The translations under genes and the position numbers were made by a program. DNA of 64,000 nucleotides from Ascidiella aspersa (taxonomy: Eukaryota), in contig OZ004614.1 in the NCBI GenBank assembly GCA_963924565.1, positions 25,544,001-25,608,000 on the forward strand, read 5' to 3'. Every line of letters begins with the position of its first letter. The first letter of the stretch is position 1. Below are positions 1 to 14,149 of this stretch, piece by piece. Under the pieces are notes generated by a model. It had not been told where the DNA came from, ran no database searches, and was given only the letters and a program-made list of their open reading frames with translations.

Positions 1-1206
1 ATACAGGCACAAGGTCGAAAGGATATTTCTGATATGGGAGGGTTTTTGAGGAAATATTGAAACTTTAAATCGCTTTGTTTTGCCTTGATTTGAATCCGCG
101 TCTTTGTTGCAAGAATCAACACGGGACTTTAAATTTGCGCACACGAATTATCGGCGCGGGTTTAAATAGAAAAAACGTGGCGGAATGTAAACCACACTAG
201 GCTTGTCCCAACTGAGCTGTGTCAATTTGAGTTGTGGTGCAAAGTGCTCTTTGTAGCTTTAATATGCTGCAAACATAAGTTAGACAAGTGTTAACATTTT
301 GTCGCTCCAACCCGAATACGTAAATGTATAAGCGTAAGTATGTATAACAGTTAGCGACCCAACTTTCTCTTTGTAGGCAAACAAAACATAAGATATTAGC
401 AACAAGTTCGAACTTAATTAATACGAGTTTTGTCTTTTGTATTTTTTTTTCGCAAATTTCTCAAATATTGGAGAATTTTTTGCTCAGAACCACTTATTGA
501 TACAAGCAATGTCTTCGTATTTTTACACCAGTTTACCAATTTTGAATTAAATATTGTTTTCTAGAACCAATCTCAACAAATGATGAACTTGGTAACTTTT
601 GCAGCAGGCGACCCACCAAATCAACCGACAACCGATTATGAGTAAACTAATGGAGTGAGCAACACTGTGTAAGACGCTGCAGTGTTTGTTGTGCGTTTTA
701 AGGTCTCTACCCCGCATGATCTAAAGGATCCATCAGTTAAATGTTCGCGAAACATTATTAGTGATGTACTTTCTTTAGGGTGAACTACGTTTGTTCCAAA
801 TTGTCAGTTGTTAGTCTTTTTACCATTTCAAAGGATTTCGGAAATCAACAATTGTTTAAAAAGAGCATTTCGAATTAAGTTTTCAGCAGAAAACTGACAT
901 TGTTGTTGAAGTATTCTGTGTTTATATAAATACAAATATCTAAAAATGCCGAATAAATATTACAATTTAACAACTATCCATGGAAAAAACTAGACCGCCT
1001 GAAATATTGATTAGTTAGATGTTGTCCTTTCAATCATGCTAATCCAAGATTCGTCTTGTAAACGTATTTTTTCATTTACGAAGTACGATACAATAAACAA
1101 ACAATCATCACAAAACCAAAGCAGTTAAAAATTGTGGATTTTTGTCAACTGCTTACAACCTAAACCGTATAATGTAACGACTAAGGGCAAATAGCATGCA
1201 ACTTAC

Positions 1207-1232
1207 CACTTAATCGGTGAGCTTGTTTTCAT
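1207..1232 (-). CDS. Candidate alternative first coding exon of the Shroom-like gene (MKTSSPIK + 2 nt)
   Basis: AAAAATG start context, in-frame TAG upstream, TTTCTAG acceptor 19 nt before the ATG, and a consensus TG|GTAAGT donor in phase 2, the same phase as the PDZ exon donor. Very short, so it could be chance. Confidence 0.4.
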
Positions 1233-2689
1233 TTTTACACACTAAATGTTCCTAGAAACTCACATGATAGCTTTTGACCTGGTAAGCCAAACAGAACAAC
1301 AGATAAAATACGTTTTTCGGGGGTCGACTATCAAGCTGTACACAACTTAACCGTGCTGATAGCACTCGTGTGTGTTTTGCAATGACAGCTTAAATATTAA
1401 CAAAGTAATGAAAGAGTTCCGGAGTGGTAAATTACATATAAAGCCCAACTGCTCTGAAACCAGTCAACATATTTCACATTGGTTATTTAACACAATAACC
1501 ACTCTTTTAGACAAAACCGTTTTTTTTTAATGTATTCCAAACAAATATTTCAACTACACCAACTATCAAGTAAGACAAAACTCTATTTTGAAAAGTTACT
1601 TAACGCAATTATTTTAACTATGCCAGCTCTTAAGTAAGACAAAACTATTTCATTTAAATGTATTTAACACACATCTTTTAATTGAACCAAACCTTTTAGT
1701 TTTAAATTAAAAACAGAAATCCGTTCATGAGAGTTTTTGTCTGTTAATAAAAGGCGTTGTCAGTTTTTGCAGACTCTTTCAACTTAGCTATACTAAAATA
1801 CAACCGGTGCCTAAACATTTGCTGCTAATAGCAAACAGCCTTAGTCAGTATGAAAATGCCAACAGTAGGACTACTATGAGTTGCATTGTCGGGTTGTCAT
1901 AAGTTTAGAAGAGGCGTGATACCAAACACAACACCACGCAACTGGCTACTGCAGCTATAGTTTCCTCTAAAAATAACAAACAGAACAAGCTTGGTATGCA
2001 CATGGAAGTCACATTTTGTTCTGATTCAGTTGTTTTTATCTGTGAACACTTCAATTATGAAATTTCGACTTGAAAAAGCTTAAAACACACTTAACTGCAT
2101 CACCATTGCCCGACATACGATTTGATGTGGTTCATTGGTTTATTAAATCAGTTAATATTTTACGGTTCTAATATTGAAACCTTTACGGTAAATTTACATT
2201 AATCCACTAGATTCAGTTACTCAACTCTTTGAATTACATGATAGTTCAAATCACAATTATCTCTGAATAAATCCAAGCAATAAAAAACTCGGATGCTTGA
2301 CTGTACAGTGTGCAGTGTACATTCAATTAAAATGCCCAGCCCACAAAGTTTTAACGAAGTTACGAGCGCGAAAGCAATTCAGACTGAAGAGTTTTCACTG
2401 GTGTGCATTCAAAACAAGCAGAAGCATCATTCTTTGTCTACTTTCGTTAACACTGTCTACATTAATTCACTGACAACATTCCAAATGGCACAGTTCCACG
2501 CATTCCAAAGGCCTGAGAGCAACGAACAAGTGCTTTACTGCGCACTTGGGATTCGAAAACAACGCTTCAGCAAATTGCTAATGATAACAGGTCGCCACTG
2601 CACAGCTGAATTGCACTCCTGGAATACCTTTGCTTAATTATTCATTGCTTGACGTAAGCGGAGAGTGTAGTTTTGCCAACAGCGCACAA

Positions 2690-3180
2690 CTCAGGTTAAA
2701 GCCACGCCAAGTCAGCAATTGCAATGTTTGACAAATGAACCCGATTGACCCTCTCCACCTGTCCTGTGCGCGCGAGGTTTATAACAAAATAAAATAAATG
2801 TGTTTTTATTTTGCAAACACAGGGTACACTGGATACGTAGACCAACGTAAGTATTATATTTTTTTAAAGCAAAAAGAAAAGCAAAAGTTCGATCAACGTC
2901 TGCAAAATTCCAATATCCACAGTTTTTATTATTATTGATTTAGCGACGATTAGGTGGCAGCCTTACTACTGAAGAAAACATTTTGTCACCATATACAACG
3001 AGATACAAACGTTTTTTTAGAAACAACACAACCCGGGTTAAAAACACGCCTAGTCAGCAATTGCAATGTTTGACTGGCGCACTTCGACAAATGAACCCGA
3101 CTGACCAATACACCTGTCGTTTGCGTGTAAGCAAAGGGTAGCATAACAAAATACATTATTTTTAGCGCAAATACCGGATA
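2690..3180. repeat. Local direct duplication of about 130 bp (2690-2830 and 3035-3180)
   Basis: GGTTAAA..ACGCC.AGTCAGCAATTGCAATGTTTGAC..AAATGAACCCGA.TGACC..CACCTGTC occurs in both places. Confidence 0.75.
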
Positions 3181-4637
3181 TTCCGGATAGCAGCTCTTAG
3201 ACTGCGCCATGTCTGATGAAATCACTGATGATCTTATCGCACTAAAAATAAAGAACGTTGGAATAATTTAGAGCATAATGGAAGGAGGTCAATATCAGAT
3301 AATAGAGCAAAGGTAACGTGAAGGTTTATAATAATTAAACGAAAAAGTATTTAAAAAGTTTAAATTGCAGTGGTTGATGCGTAGACCAACTGAAACATTA
3401 TTGCAAAACAAAGAAACAAAATTGGAAGTTCAAACTAATGGAAAATTGAGTCCAATCTTTATAGTTATTGAAACTACCGATCTAAAATATTTTTATTATT
3501 ACTCATAGTAACACAAGACAAATGTGTGGTTGATGTATAAGTTACTATGAGTTAACTGTGAAAAATGTGAAAATGTCGGTCCTATAACTCTTATAGTTTC
3601 GGAGAGCTTAACAGAGAAAGCTGCTATCTTTCTATGACAGTCAGTAGCACTATTAACAAGCGTTGCAAATTAGTCAATTTTAAATGGTCAAAGTTGAGTC
3701 ATTTGTGAAATAACTTAAGTCCAAGTCATCAGTTGAAGTCCCAGTCAAGTCATAATTAGAGTAAGTCAACTTTAAGTCAAGTCCTTGCTATTCAAAAATG
3801 TTAAATTAGTCCAATTAAGAGCAACACCCCAACTAAAAAAAAACACAACCAAAACGCAACATGCAAAATGGTTAATATGCAAAAATTAGGATGATAAAAC
3901 CAACTTTTGAAAAATAGATGCTTAATGAAATTACCTTATTTCAACCAAAGTCATTTGTCCGAAACACTAAAGTCACTAATTCAACCAAGATACCAGGTTG
4001 CACACTGGTAAAACTTTACGTTCTGAAAAACCTGCTCACAAGGTAGCACTAGAGAAAACTACTGATCTAGTTACCACACACCGCCACTATAATCATCACC
4101 CGACACACTGTTGTTGATTGGGGTAATTCAAACCTGATCCATGAAGCGAAAAGCACAATTCCTACTCGCCACCAAACAGCATTGTGTTCACAGACCCTAA
4201 ACAAGTGACACACACGCTCTATCGAAAATTAAAGGCCTATTGGGTAAAAAGGGCAAAATTAGGGGCATGGCACGGTTGTCATCATGGCGATTTCTTGTAT
4301 ATTGTTAACAATAAGTGTATTTAAAAATGCATACATTTTTTTATGCAAAACGGGAATTTAAAATGTAATAAGGTATTTAATATGTTTAAAGAGGTTGATA
4401 ATAATGCAAACATGAGAGTATTTAAAAATGCAAAACATATATGGTTTTAAAGTGTGAAAAGTATTATAAAATGTACACATGTACCTTGTCGTGACACAAC
4501 CAGTACTTAAATTTCTCTAATCCCCTTCACGAAATTGCTTAACTCCTGGTTTCATAAGTAGGCCTTGCTTATTATTGTCACAATCCTTCTATTGAAGCAA
4601 CCTACATTGTGGTGTCTTGTATATTGATAGACGAACC

Positions 4638-4688
4638 ACACACACGCATACACAAGCACACACACACACATATACATACACACGCACA
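4638..4688. repeat. Imperfect (CA)n microsatellite
   Basis: cacacacacgcatacacaagcacacacacacacatatacatacacacgcac. Confidence 0.85.
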
Positions 4689-7317
4689 TGGGCAATCGAG
4701 TTTCTAGAGTTGCCAAACTCTTCCTGGCCTTTTATTTTAGACGCAGAGGAAGTTGAGTGCGACGTCACAATGCCTACGCTGTGACATCATAATAAAGTGC
4801 AAACTGGAATTCTATAGATGTTCTGTGCTTGTGCATTTGTATCTTAATGCATCACATTTCAACTTTCGAAGCTCTTACATTCGCAGCAATTAGACCAAAC
4901 ATTCGCAGCAATCGTTTATGCCAACGAATAAAATCGTTTACGCAAAAAAACAACATAAAAAGCATGTTATTTTTTCACCAAGACTAGGAATGTGCAACAA
5001 TATACTTTGTAACAGTAAATAAAATAAACCACGCAATAGCAGATTTAAAATATCAAGAGGTCATTTTCGTTGTCATCACATTTAAAACAGCAAATATTTT
5101 TTTTAACAACTTCACAGCAAATCTCACACGTAAAAGTCACACATTAAACGTCTATATCTACTCCAGTTTGAGAAATTATCACCAAAGTTTGAGGAACAGA
5201 TGCGAAAAAGCTAAAAATAAATTTTTACACCAAATTTAAATTTCATTCGAGCAGACCGACAAGTTAAACAGCTTAAGCATCCCTTGTGCGTAGTTATAAT
5301 TCTTAACATTTCAGACTCAAAACAAAATGTAGAAATAGTTGCAATATCTAAGTAAGTAACATTCTAAACGTTTTAAAAAACTATTTTTTTTTATTTTCAA
5401 TTGCAGAAATATTTTTGGATTTTTCTGAAATACCGGACATATAAGAAAATAAGGGCAATTTTAATAAACTAGTCCTTCTTACTGTATGTTGGTCGAAAAA
5501 CTTTTCCCAATCACACACTAATATAAACAAAGAGGGGTTACAGTTTAGTTCAAAATTGGGTTAAAAACTCTATTCTAGTCTGTGCTGAAAGAAGGCTAGT
5601 GTCAACAATAGGAAGCATCAAAGACCCAAATCGCCAGGAAATCATTTGTTAACGTTGCGAGGTCCGACACAACAATAGAACAACATCAAGTGAATCGATG
5701 TTGTCCATTGTTACTGGACATCAAAGAGAGGCGAAGGCGAAATGTAAAGCTGTCACAAGAAGGATGCTATTAGCTCACGAATAGAGGAATTGAATTTTTT
5801 TCCGAAATATGGACAATTCTGTGGTTATTGTGTAGCTTAATTTAAAGTACAATATTCGTGAATTACCAAATGGGGTATGGCTTGCAGTCGCCAGTCTCTC
5901 CAGGGTGATATTCAACACATGGTCATTTTGGTATTTTCAAAACGCTAAGTTAATACTGATGTTTTTTAATAATATGAATTAATGTTTTATTTATTGTTGG
6001 GTTTTACTAGTGACGTCATTATTTCGTGACATCACAATTTTCGTGCTCGCACAGCGCACCATCGCGAGTGTAACTTTCCAAAAGTCGTCCACGGCGAGAA
6101 ACCATACAGACTGTGGTCAAACATTAGCTTTAGTCCGCGGGGAAATATCACCATTATGTTCTAAATTTACCGCAACTTGCCAACCTTTTGTGCAGCGGAC
6201 TGTGTTTGGCTGCGAAGGTGTGATTTGACAGAAAACGTTTGGCCAAAGTCGTCCCGAGTTTTGTTTGACTTAGGATTGCGCACACGAATGACGTAACACA
6301 TTCTGGTGGTTTTGGAAGGCTGCGACTGCTGGCGCTACGAGGACAGCTAAATATAGCTGGTTTTATTGCGACTAGCTGTTGCTATGTGAAAACAACATAG
6401 ACATAACTCGCCCTACCAAATCCTACACCAATGGGATAAGTTTCCTAGCAATATTACGTACTGAACCCCCTGGCAATTTGGTAATGATTTCCGTTCTCTT
6501 GCAATAAAAATATCTTGAAACGGAAAAGCGTTGCTTCGTTTACTAGAAAGAAGCTCTTCCGGTACTTAATTATTTTATCCGACGGTTAGGCCAACTATAT
6601 AGGATGCCTTCATCATTGGTAGTCGAATAAAACAAATAAGTAGTGAAAGAGCTTCTTTTTAGTATACTATGCCTGTGCCTGGTAGCAACATCACAGCTAA
6701 GTTTATTAATATCGATAACTTGCTTCAAAACGACAAAAACTATTCATTAGTCAACCTAAATGGGCAGCATAGAAATAATTAGTTTATCATGGTTAACAAT
6801 AGCTAAAAATTACAATTTTAAGTGTGCTTGGTTTTGGGGGCCTTCATGGAGTAGGCTTAATGTATAGCATCACACTCGCAAACAGATAGATTAATATACA
6901 CGAAAAATTACCTTTTTCAGCAGAAAATTCGACTTTACTTGTTGCTGTAGTTACCTAAACGTTTAACCTTCTAACAGCATTAACTTAAAACCAAACTTGC
7001 CATATGCTTGATTTACGGATTCAGTATGAATTGAAAGGTCGCAGGGACTTTATACTTGTTCAACACATACACGAAATACTGCAAGTTAATCAATTACGAT
7101 ACGAAATCGCGACATTTGTTTAACGATGAGGTAATGTTTTCGTGTCCTTCAAATTCCATATCACCAATCGATTTCAGGCCTACTCCAAACCTATCACAAC
7201 TCGCATAAAGTGAGATTTTCTTTTGTGTATTGTGTTGTCGCTCAAATTAAGCAATTCTAAAGTTCATGGTTGTGAAAAATCAGAACAGATTTTGTTTAAC
7301 AAAAAAAGATAATTACA

Positions 7318-7460
7318 TAAACTGAAAATGATACAAGCTCGTATTGAAACGCCTATATCAAGATCAGTCGAATTACCCATCCTTTTTGGCTTTGCAATTC
7401 AATATCAAGCTACATTACAGATCCATGAAAAGTGTATCCAAGTTTATCTGAATGTATTTT
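7318..7460 (+). mobile_element. Penelope-like pseudo-LTR fragment with degenerate hammerhead motif
   Basis: CTGAAAA-T-GATAC-loop-GTATT-GAAA-CG-CC followed by CCTTTTTGGCTTTGCAATT..CAAGCTACATTACA. Related sequence lies at 14150-14295 (-) and 62600-62780 (-). Confidence 0.5.
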
Positions 7461-7981
7461 TAGATTTAGAAAAACAAATTTACCCAAAGACTTGTTTTTT
7501 ATATGTTCCAAGGTAATTAGTTCTCCTTAATTAACAGTATCTTTAAATAAAAATGGGTTGCCAAATTAATTTATCGGAAGTAATCAGAAACCATGCCAAT
7601 TTAGCAAAACTGACATCTTGTTAGGGTAAAAATACTTTACCCTTCCCTTTTTTTTCCAAACGAAAAACTGACCAATTTGAAAAAACGTCCAAAGCCATGG
7701 CATAATTGCATTCACCACGAGATCTAATGCTAATCGCGTCCATAAGGCGCACATTATTTCACCTCACACGACGTTTTTGTTCCATTAAACTTTCCTGGAC
7801 AAAACATCTGGATTTCAGCGAACAACTCGTGGGTAATAGAGCGGAACGGCCTCCTTGGGTTTATGGCGATTTTTGCTCCTTTTGCTTTAAATGCAACGAC
7901 CATGTTTATTCAACATAAAGATAACTTCCATGGGGTCACCCAAACAAAACCTTCAAAAACTTGGTCATAAGACGAACTTAC

Positions 7982-8058
7982 CCGGTGTAGAGGCTGTAAA
8001 TGACCTCGCTTGATCTGCGCATGCGCTGGTTCCTGGGTAGTGTGTAGTAGGTGGACAT
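7982..8058 (-). CDS. Candidate alternative first coding exon of the Shroom-like gene (MSTYYTLPRNQRMRRSSEVIYSLYT + GG)
   Basis: GC-rich open frame from ATG to a consensus GG|GTAAGT donor, 77 nt, phase 2. It carries the TLPR motif also found in the 16552-17270 exon. Confidence 0.55.
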
Positions 8059-11000
8059 TGTCGAGGTCACTTGTAAATTTAACCATCACAAGCACAACAG
8101 CGTTAAGTTAACACACGAACACTTCGTCTTTCGCTAAATGAACGCTTTAGTATTGTGGTATTCCGTCGATTTTTCAGCACCACTTTGACTTAAACTGAAC
8201 GCTAAAACCAAAAACCTAGTTTTTCTAAATTGTATTTTTTCTAGAAAATAGGAATGGCGGGTTAAACTTTCATATAACCCTTGTCAATTACATTTTATAA
8301 TTGATCACTTCAATATTGCGGTATATCCTCAATTTTCCAACAGAAGTTTGTCACGTAATTTTGCCTAAATACCATATAAAAGAAAATATAGGAAATGTAT
8401 CCTTTATCTTTCACCAATACTAACATAAGGTAACTGTTTAGACAGTTAAAAATGCAATAGCAGACAGATCATTTAAAAAACACCTAATCCTACTATTTAC
8501 CATTTCCTTTTCGAAATCCACAAAAACAACTTTAACAGAGCAACAATTAACCTGGCATAATTAATTTTTAGGCGGATTAGTTAACTTCTGCTACAAAACC
8601 AATTGGATAAAAAGCTAAAAGGAGCGCATCCAAAGCCACAAGTAACTCCATGCGAGCAAGACAAGTGAAACGCGAGCAAATGTGCGTCTTGTATAAAGTC
8701 CAAGCACTTCTACGGAATACATGACGCTGTATGGGCAAGAAAGCAATGAGAGAGATGCAAAGAGACATAAAATGGAGGCGGGAGCGGCGCGACAACAATA
8801 GGTGAGACGGATTGTAAAGTTTGCTCAACTTCGCGACTTGAGAAACTTGTTGCTGCTTTTTCGAGACGAAAGTAAATGTTTAACGTACTTTGTGATTCTA
8901 AAGCGATAGGACGGAGGCGTTAAGTCGGGTCTGAACATTAGGTTTGAATAGGATCGCCTTTGTAGGTGTGTGAATGTATTAGAGGTACACGATAATATTG
9001 GATCGGTGCCGATAACCGATACCTAATGGCAGTATCGGTACTCGTCCGATACTTTCGGCTGGTATCGGTGCCAATTAGGTACTGAGATAATTAAGTATTT
9101 TCAGCATGGGAGTATTTTCTAATGATAAAAAAAGAAAAAAAAATACTCCAATAAATAGACAAAAACAATTGTTGTTTAGGGGGCTTTATAACCTAGGAAC
9201 ATTATCTACATTCCGATTTTTTTTAATTTTGCCTTATTAACGATGGTAAATAATATCGTGTTTAATTATTGTCGGAATCAACTGGAATTAAATTAGTCCT
9301 TGCAATTCACGTAAACAAAAACGATTATAACTCGTTCAGTGCACAACAGACAACAGTATATTATTTAGAAAAAATAGACTTGGTTAAACTACCTGGGCAA
9401 CAATTTTTTTTTTTTTTTTTTTACTTTGGGCGAGTTGTTTTTTAAGCATTTACATTTCAAGCAATACTCAGAATTTTTAAAGTACAGATCAAAGTACAAC
9501 CCTAAGCCTTAGTTGTAATATAGTGTAGAATATACACCTTACACACATTAAACAGTAAAAACAAAATTGGTGACAATCGAGTCAAGCAGGCAGCACATTT
9601 TAAAAGCCAATTTCAAGACTTTTTAAATAAAATGTGCAAGTTTTCAAAGACACAAAATTGGGTCTATCAACAGGTTTCGAAATTATTCGAAAACAAAAAA
9701 CTGTAAAAATCATAGTCGGCAGAATAAAAAATGGTTTAAAATGTTGTTTTATACCAGGGCACTTTGAAAACACATAACCTAAGCTACACGTAAAATAAAT
9801 TATAAAACAACATTCACAGACTTTCTGGGAAAAACAATCAAAAACTTTAAAGATCCAAAGAATTTGTGGGGGCAACCTTGTAACATAAACTCAACTGCGA
9901 TCAACAGAAATCAAAAACTGAACTAGCATTTTAGCTCTTAATCTTTCTAAATACAAGCAACATGACTAGCAAATTCAATACGTTAACACAAGAGCGAATG
10001 GCGCGTCCTTACAGACTCGCTGTCTGGGGTTTTGTGTTGTTGTGGGTTAAAAGTAGATACAACGCTCGAACTAACTCAAATTGACCAGACACGCTACAAC
10101 TGGCCACAATAAGCCAGCATTATCCCAAAAATGTCGCAACAAATAGAGCGCGAAGGTAAGTGAGATTCGAAAGTTATTAAAGCTAATCATCGCGTCGATT
10201 TAAAACATTAACCGCGGGTTGGAAATGCGGAACAATCTGATTTATAAACATTGAAAGAGTTTATTCGCTCGGACACCACAGTAGTTCAAATCGACATATA
10301 ATCGCTAACGGATGCAAGCGTAAAAGAGCGATCCGGTCAAAAAGCCTCTCCTGAGCTAACAAGGTAATTTATATTGATTAATAAATAAATCATAGGAATA
10401 ATCGAAAGCTTAAAAAGTAAACTTAATATTAATAACACTTAAACTCAAACACATAAGGAAGAAGCTATTCAACCAGACACCAATAGTCACTTCCTGGCGA
10501 TTTACCCGGCTAACAAAGTATTTTTTAAAGCAATTTTCGAAAAAATTATTGAAATTATGCAAAACTCGATAATTCAAACCTTCACAAATGCTAGCTACTT
10601 TACTATGGGCTTTGATATTCTTACAAAGTAACATTGTAAATATCAATTATAAGATATCATAAAAAACACATACAGTTAGTCTTTCGCGATCTTTCCATGA
10701 TACACTAAAGAAAAGTCAAATTGGCCTAGTGAGAATAATAATAATAATACGTTAATGGGTCGCAACATAGGTTGACCGTCTGTTTGGACCCAAAATCACT
10801 CTACGTATTTTCCTAATAATCATCTTAGCCCGAGTAATGAGTGGCAAATACCGCTTGACAATTATATATAGTAGCACAATCCTTTATTGTAATTTTACCA
10901 ATCATATTCCCTACGTTTGATCGATGTAAGCGTCTTTGCTAGTTGTAAAAATAAGCGTCTTGTTATAAAGTTATGATGCCACCTTGGCATGACAGTTCTC

Positions 11001-11689
11001 TATATTTTCAATACATGAAAAATGTATGAAAAAAACTCTTTTTTTCAAATCGGGATTACTTTTACGACTATAAAGTGAACGTGTATGTATTGCAACAAGC
11101 CAACGATATCTTGTAACATGTGTTTGAGAGCGCATTGGCTAAAGGTTGTATAAAATGTGTAAGAGAGAACAAGAATATTAAATCCCATTATAGTAAAGTC
11201 CTTTAGGAAGATTGGAAGCGTTTTGTGAACGTTTTAAATAAATCTTAAGATCATGGCTGGAGGTTGTAGTTAGATGTAGAATGAATATCAAAGCTCATAC
11301 AGAAGTAGGCAGCATTTTGTTCCAATAATTCTTTATTTATCTTAAACTGAAATGTTGTTTTAAAGTTTTTAAACGTTCACAAAATGCTGATGCTTTCATA
11401 TTCATTCTACGTCTGACACAATTATCTCAATTATGCTGCCCAGTCTAACGGACTTAACCGCCCTTTATATAGCGTGACATTTTACCGCCACCTGTTAAAC
11501 ACGACGCCAACCAGTATGACGTCACAATAGGTAGGCTACGTATTAGGCGCCTAGTATTTGTGTTAGGGCGTTGGTCTTACAAAGTCCCATATTAATTGCA
11601 TAGCAACAAAAGGCGAAGCTGCGTAAATGGGCGTTTTGTGGGACGAACTACGACGAATGCGATGTAGCATTATGATGGTGCATCCTTAA

Positions 11690-11990
11690 GATATTCACCA
11701 AAGATAGAGTTCTCCAAATTAGGTCAATAATACATTCATGCCTCATCTAACACGTATTTAACACTAATCGTAGATTAAACTGAGTATAGAAGGGCGTATC
11801 TCCATGGAATACTTAAACCTATACTGATTCCTTAATTGTGTGACCCTTTTATTAATTTTATTATTATTTTGCTTTGTATATTATGTATGTTACTTTACTT
11901 ATAAGAACTGACGATGCCAGTATAGGCGAAATATATATTCCTTTTTAAAAAAATGTCTGATCCTGATTTTACTCTGGTTTTTAAACTTTG
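11690..11990 (+). mobile_element. Penelope-like element 3' remnant (decayed endonuclease end plus pseudo-LTR)
   Basis: A frameshifted peptide KLSIE/AYLHGILKPIL at about 11777-11827 resembles the GIY-YIG C-terminal motif of Penelope elements. It is followed by an AT-rich tract and a hammerhead motif. Confidence 0.5.
11905..11940 (+). ncRNA. Minimal type I hammerhead ribozyme motif
   Basis: GAA-CTGACGA-T-GCC-agtata-GGC-GAAA-TATA-TA-TTC. Intact CUGANGA and GAAA core, stem II GCC/GGC, stem I GAA/TTC, palindromic ATATAT stem III. Confidence 0.65.
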
Positions 11991-12665
11991 AGTTTTATTG
12001 TTTAAACTGAGTATGTGAGCTCGGTAGATTGGGAAATTTATCCAGGTCCACGGGTGATATTATAACGACATTTTCCACTAATTTTAATGGGTGAGTGTTG
12101 GCAGACGGTAATCTTTCAAAGTAATATAAACATATTTCTATTTTGTTTCTATTGCATATAGCAGAACTTGCAAACAATTTCGCATTTTGATAAAAAAAGT
12201 ATGACCAGGTAATTTAAACACAAGGTTGCCACACAATTATATAAAAAAAATTAAAGGCATTTAAAGACTTGCAGGTTAAAGACCTAAAATTAAACTGACC
12301 AATAATTATTTATTAATATAATTTAAAAACAAAACAGTATACAGTATAAATTCCGTGGTCAACTCAAAAAAAAGTTTTAGTTTTTTAAGGGCTCTTTTTC
12401 TAAATATATATTAAGTTGGACATAAAATAAATTTAAAGACTAATCAAAGACTTTTTGAAAAACGTAGGGTTTTTCAAAGAATGTTTAGCACGTAAATCAG
12501 TTCAAAGAATTATTTTAAAGAATCAAAGACTTTGTAGGAATACTGTGCTACTGCTAGGCCGAGGTAATAGAAACATGCAAAACTGGCAAGGGTATTAACA
12601 TTACGTTTGTGTTTTTTTCACTTTACAGCAGCATCACTGCAATTGCAGACCGGAAAAAAACTTAC

Positions 12666-12769
12666 TGGAAACCCCGGATAACAAACATTTCATCGCCGCG
12701 TGCTAAAGCGTCAAAAACACCAATAAAAAGTGTCAAATACAGACGAGCATACAGGAGTCGAAATGACAT
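12666..12769 (-). CDS. Candidate alternative first coding exon with hydrophobic N-terminus (MSFRLLYARLYLTLFIGVFDALARGDEMFVIRGF + CA)
   Basis: AAAATG start context, 104-nt open frame, CA|GTAAGT donor in phase 2. Confidence 0.35.
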
Positions 12770-14149
12770 TTTGCGAGCATTTCTATCGACACTAGTTATT
12801 GTGCACAGCGCTTGCTTTCCCCGGGAAACTTCACCTTTGGGTTTTCGTTGTTATTCCAGGGCAAATAACTGCCCGACTTGGCACAATAATTCGCCTTTGT
12901 TCGGGGAATTACGTCAGCCGATTGTCTGGAAATGCTTATGAAGGTTAAACACCCACTGTTAGGCCTGTATGGGTGAACAGGTAAAGTAAAGGGGACGAGT
13001 ATGTTTTGCGTAATGAGTATAGGACTATAGGTAGGTGTTGTTTAAACAAAACTTGAACTGAAGGTGGCATTTTTAACGTTTCGAATATATCTTTATTCCT
13101 TTTTTTAATAGTCTAATAGTCTTTTAAAATGCTTCCTATACTTCAGAATAGGTTTTGATATTCTTTCTAAGTCCAACTACAATCTTCAGCAAGAATATGC
13201 TTCGAAGTCTAATGAGCGAGCACAGTACTTAACTTTGGAAAAAAAACGAATTTGGGGCTTAAAACGGGGGCTTAAAACGGGGGCCTAAAACGACAAAAAT
13301 TTGGGGCCTAAAACGACAAATTATGCCAGTCTGCTCGACACTGTATACATTTTATATTTATTCATAATTCAGGTAAAACCTCTGACAATCACACTTAAAG
13401 CACATACAGGAATGACCTAAAAATTACCTTAAATAAAGCAAGCACGATGGTGACATAACATCGACATGCGAGGGCGACATACTTAGTGTGGTTTAACCAA
13501 CAAAAACGAGGTGTATAGGAATACAATAGAAGCAGTTTTTGAATGTACTTGAGCGTCTACAATGCCTGATGCGCCCACCCACGATTAATGTGGGGTTTCG
13601 CTGTGATGAGAGGGCGGTCCACCAGTTGGTACGTTTTGTGTGGCGCATAAGATTAATAAAGGGAACGAATATACTACATACTTCTCTAAGGTTGTGTAGC
13701 ACGGGACACACATCACAAATACCATACGAAGCTAGTTTCAGGAAATCGTAAATAGCTTGGGTAGACTATGCACGGATCTGTAAAGAAGCTTGAAAATGAG
13801 TGTTAGAGCCAATTAGTAGTAAAATGTGATTAACTTATTATGATGATTTTTTCGACCTAATTTCCTTTAACATTCATTTCTAAAAGGCATAAATTTGCAA
13901 CCACGGCTAGAACAATAAAACAGGCAAAATATCTCCAGTTACTGGAGCCCAACACAAATAAGTTGTTGCACATAAGGCGCCGTTAAATGTTCGAACTCCC
14001 AACGATAAACCAGCTTGTCAAAAGGTTGCTTGCGTCAAAATTAATGGCAGAGTTCCGCTCATAAAACACCACAAGTGTAATAAATTAAATACATACCAAG
14101 CTCAGGCCGAGAACTTGCATTTAAAGCAACTTTAACTTTAACTGAACTC

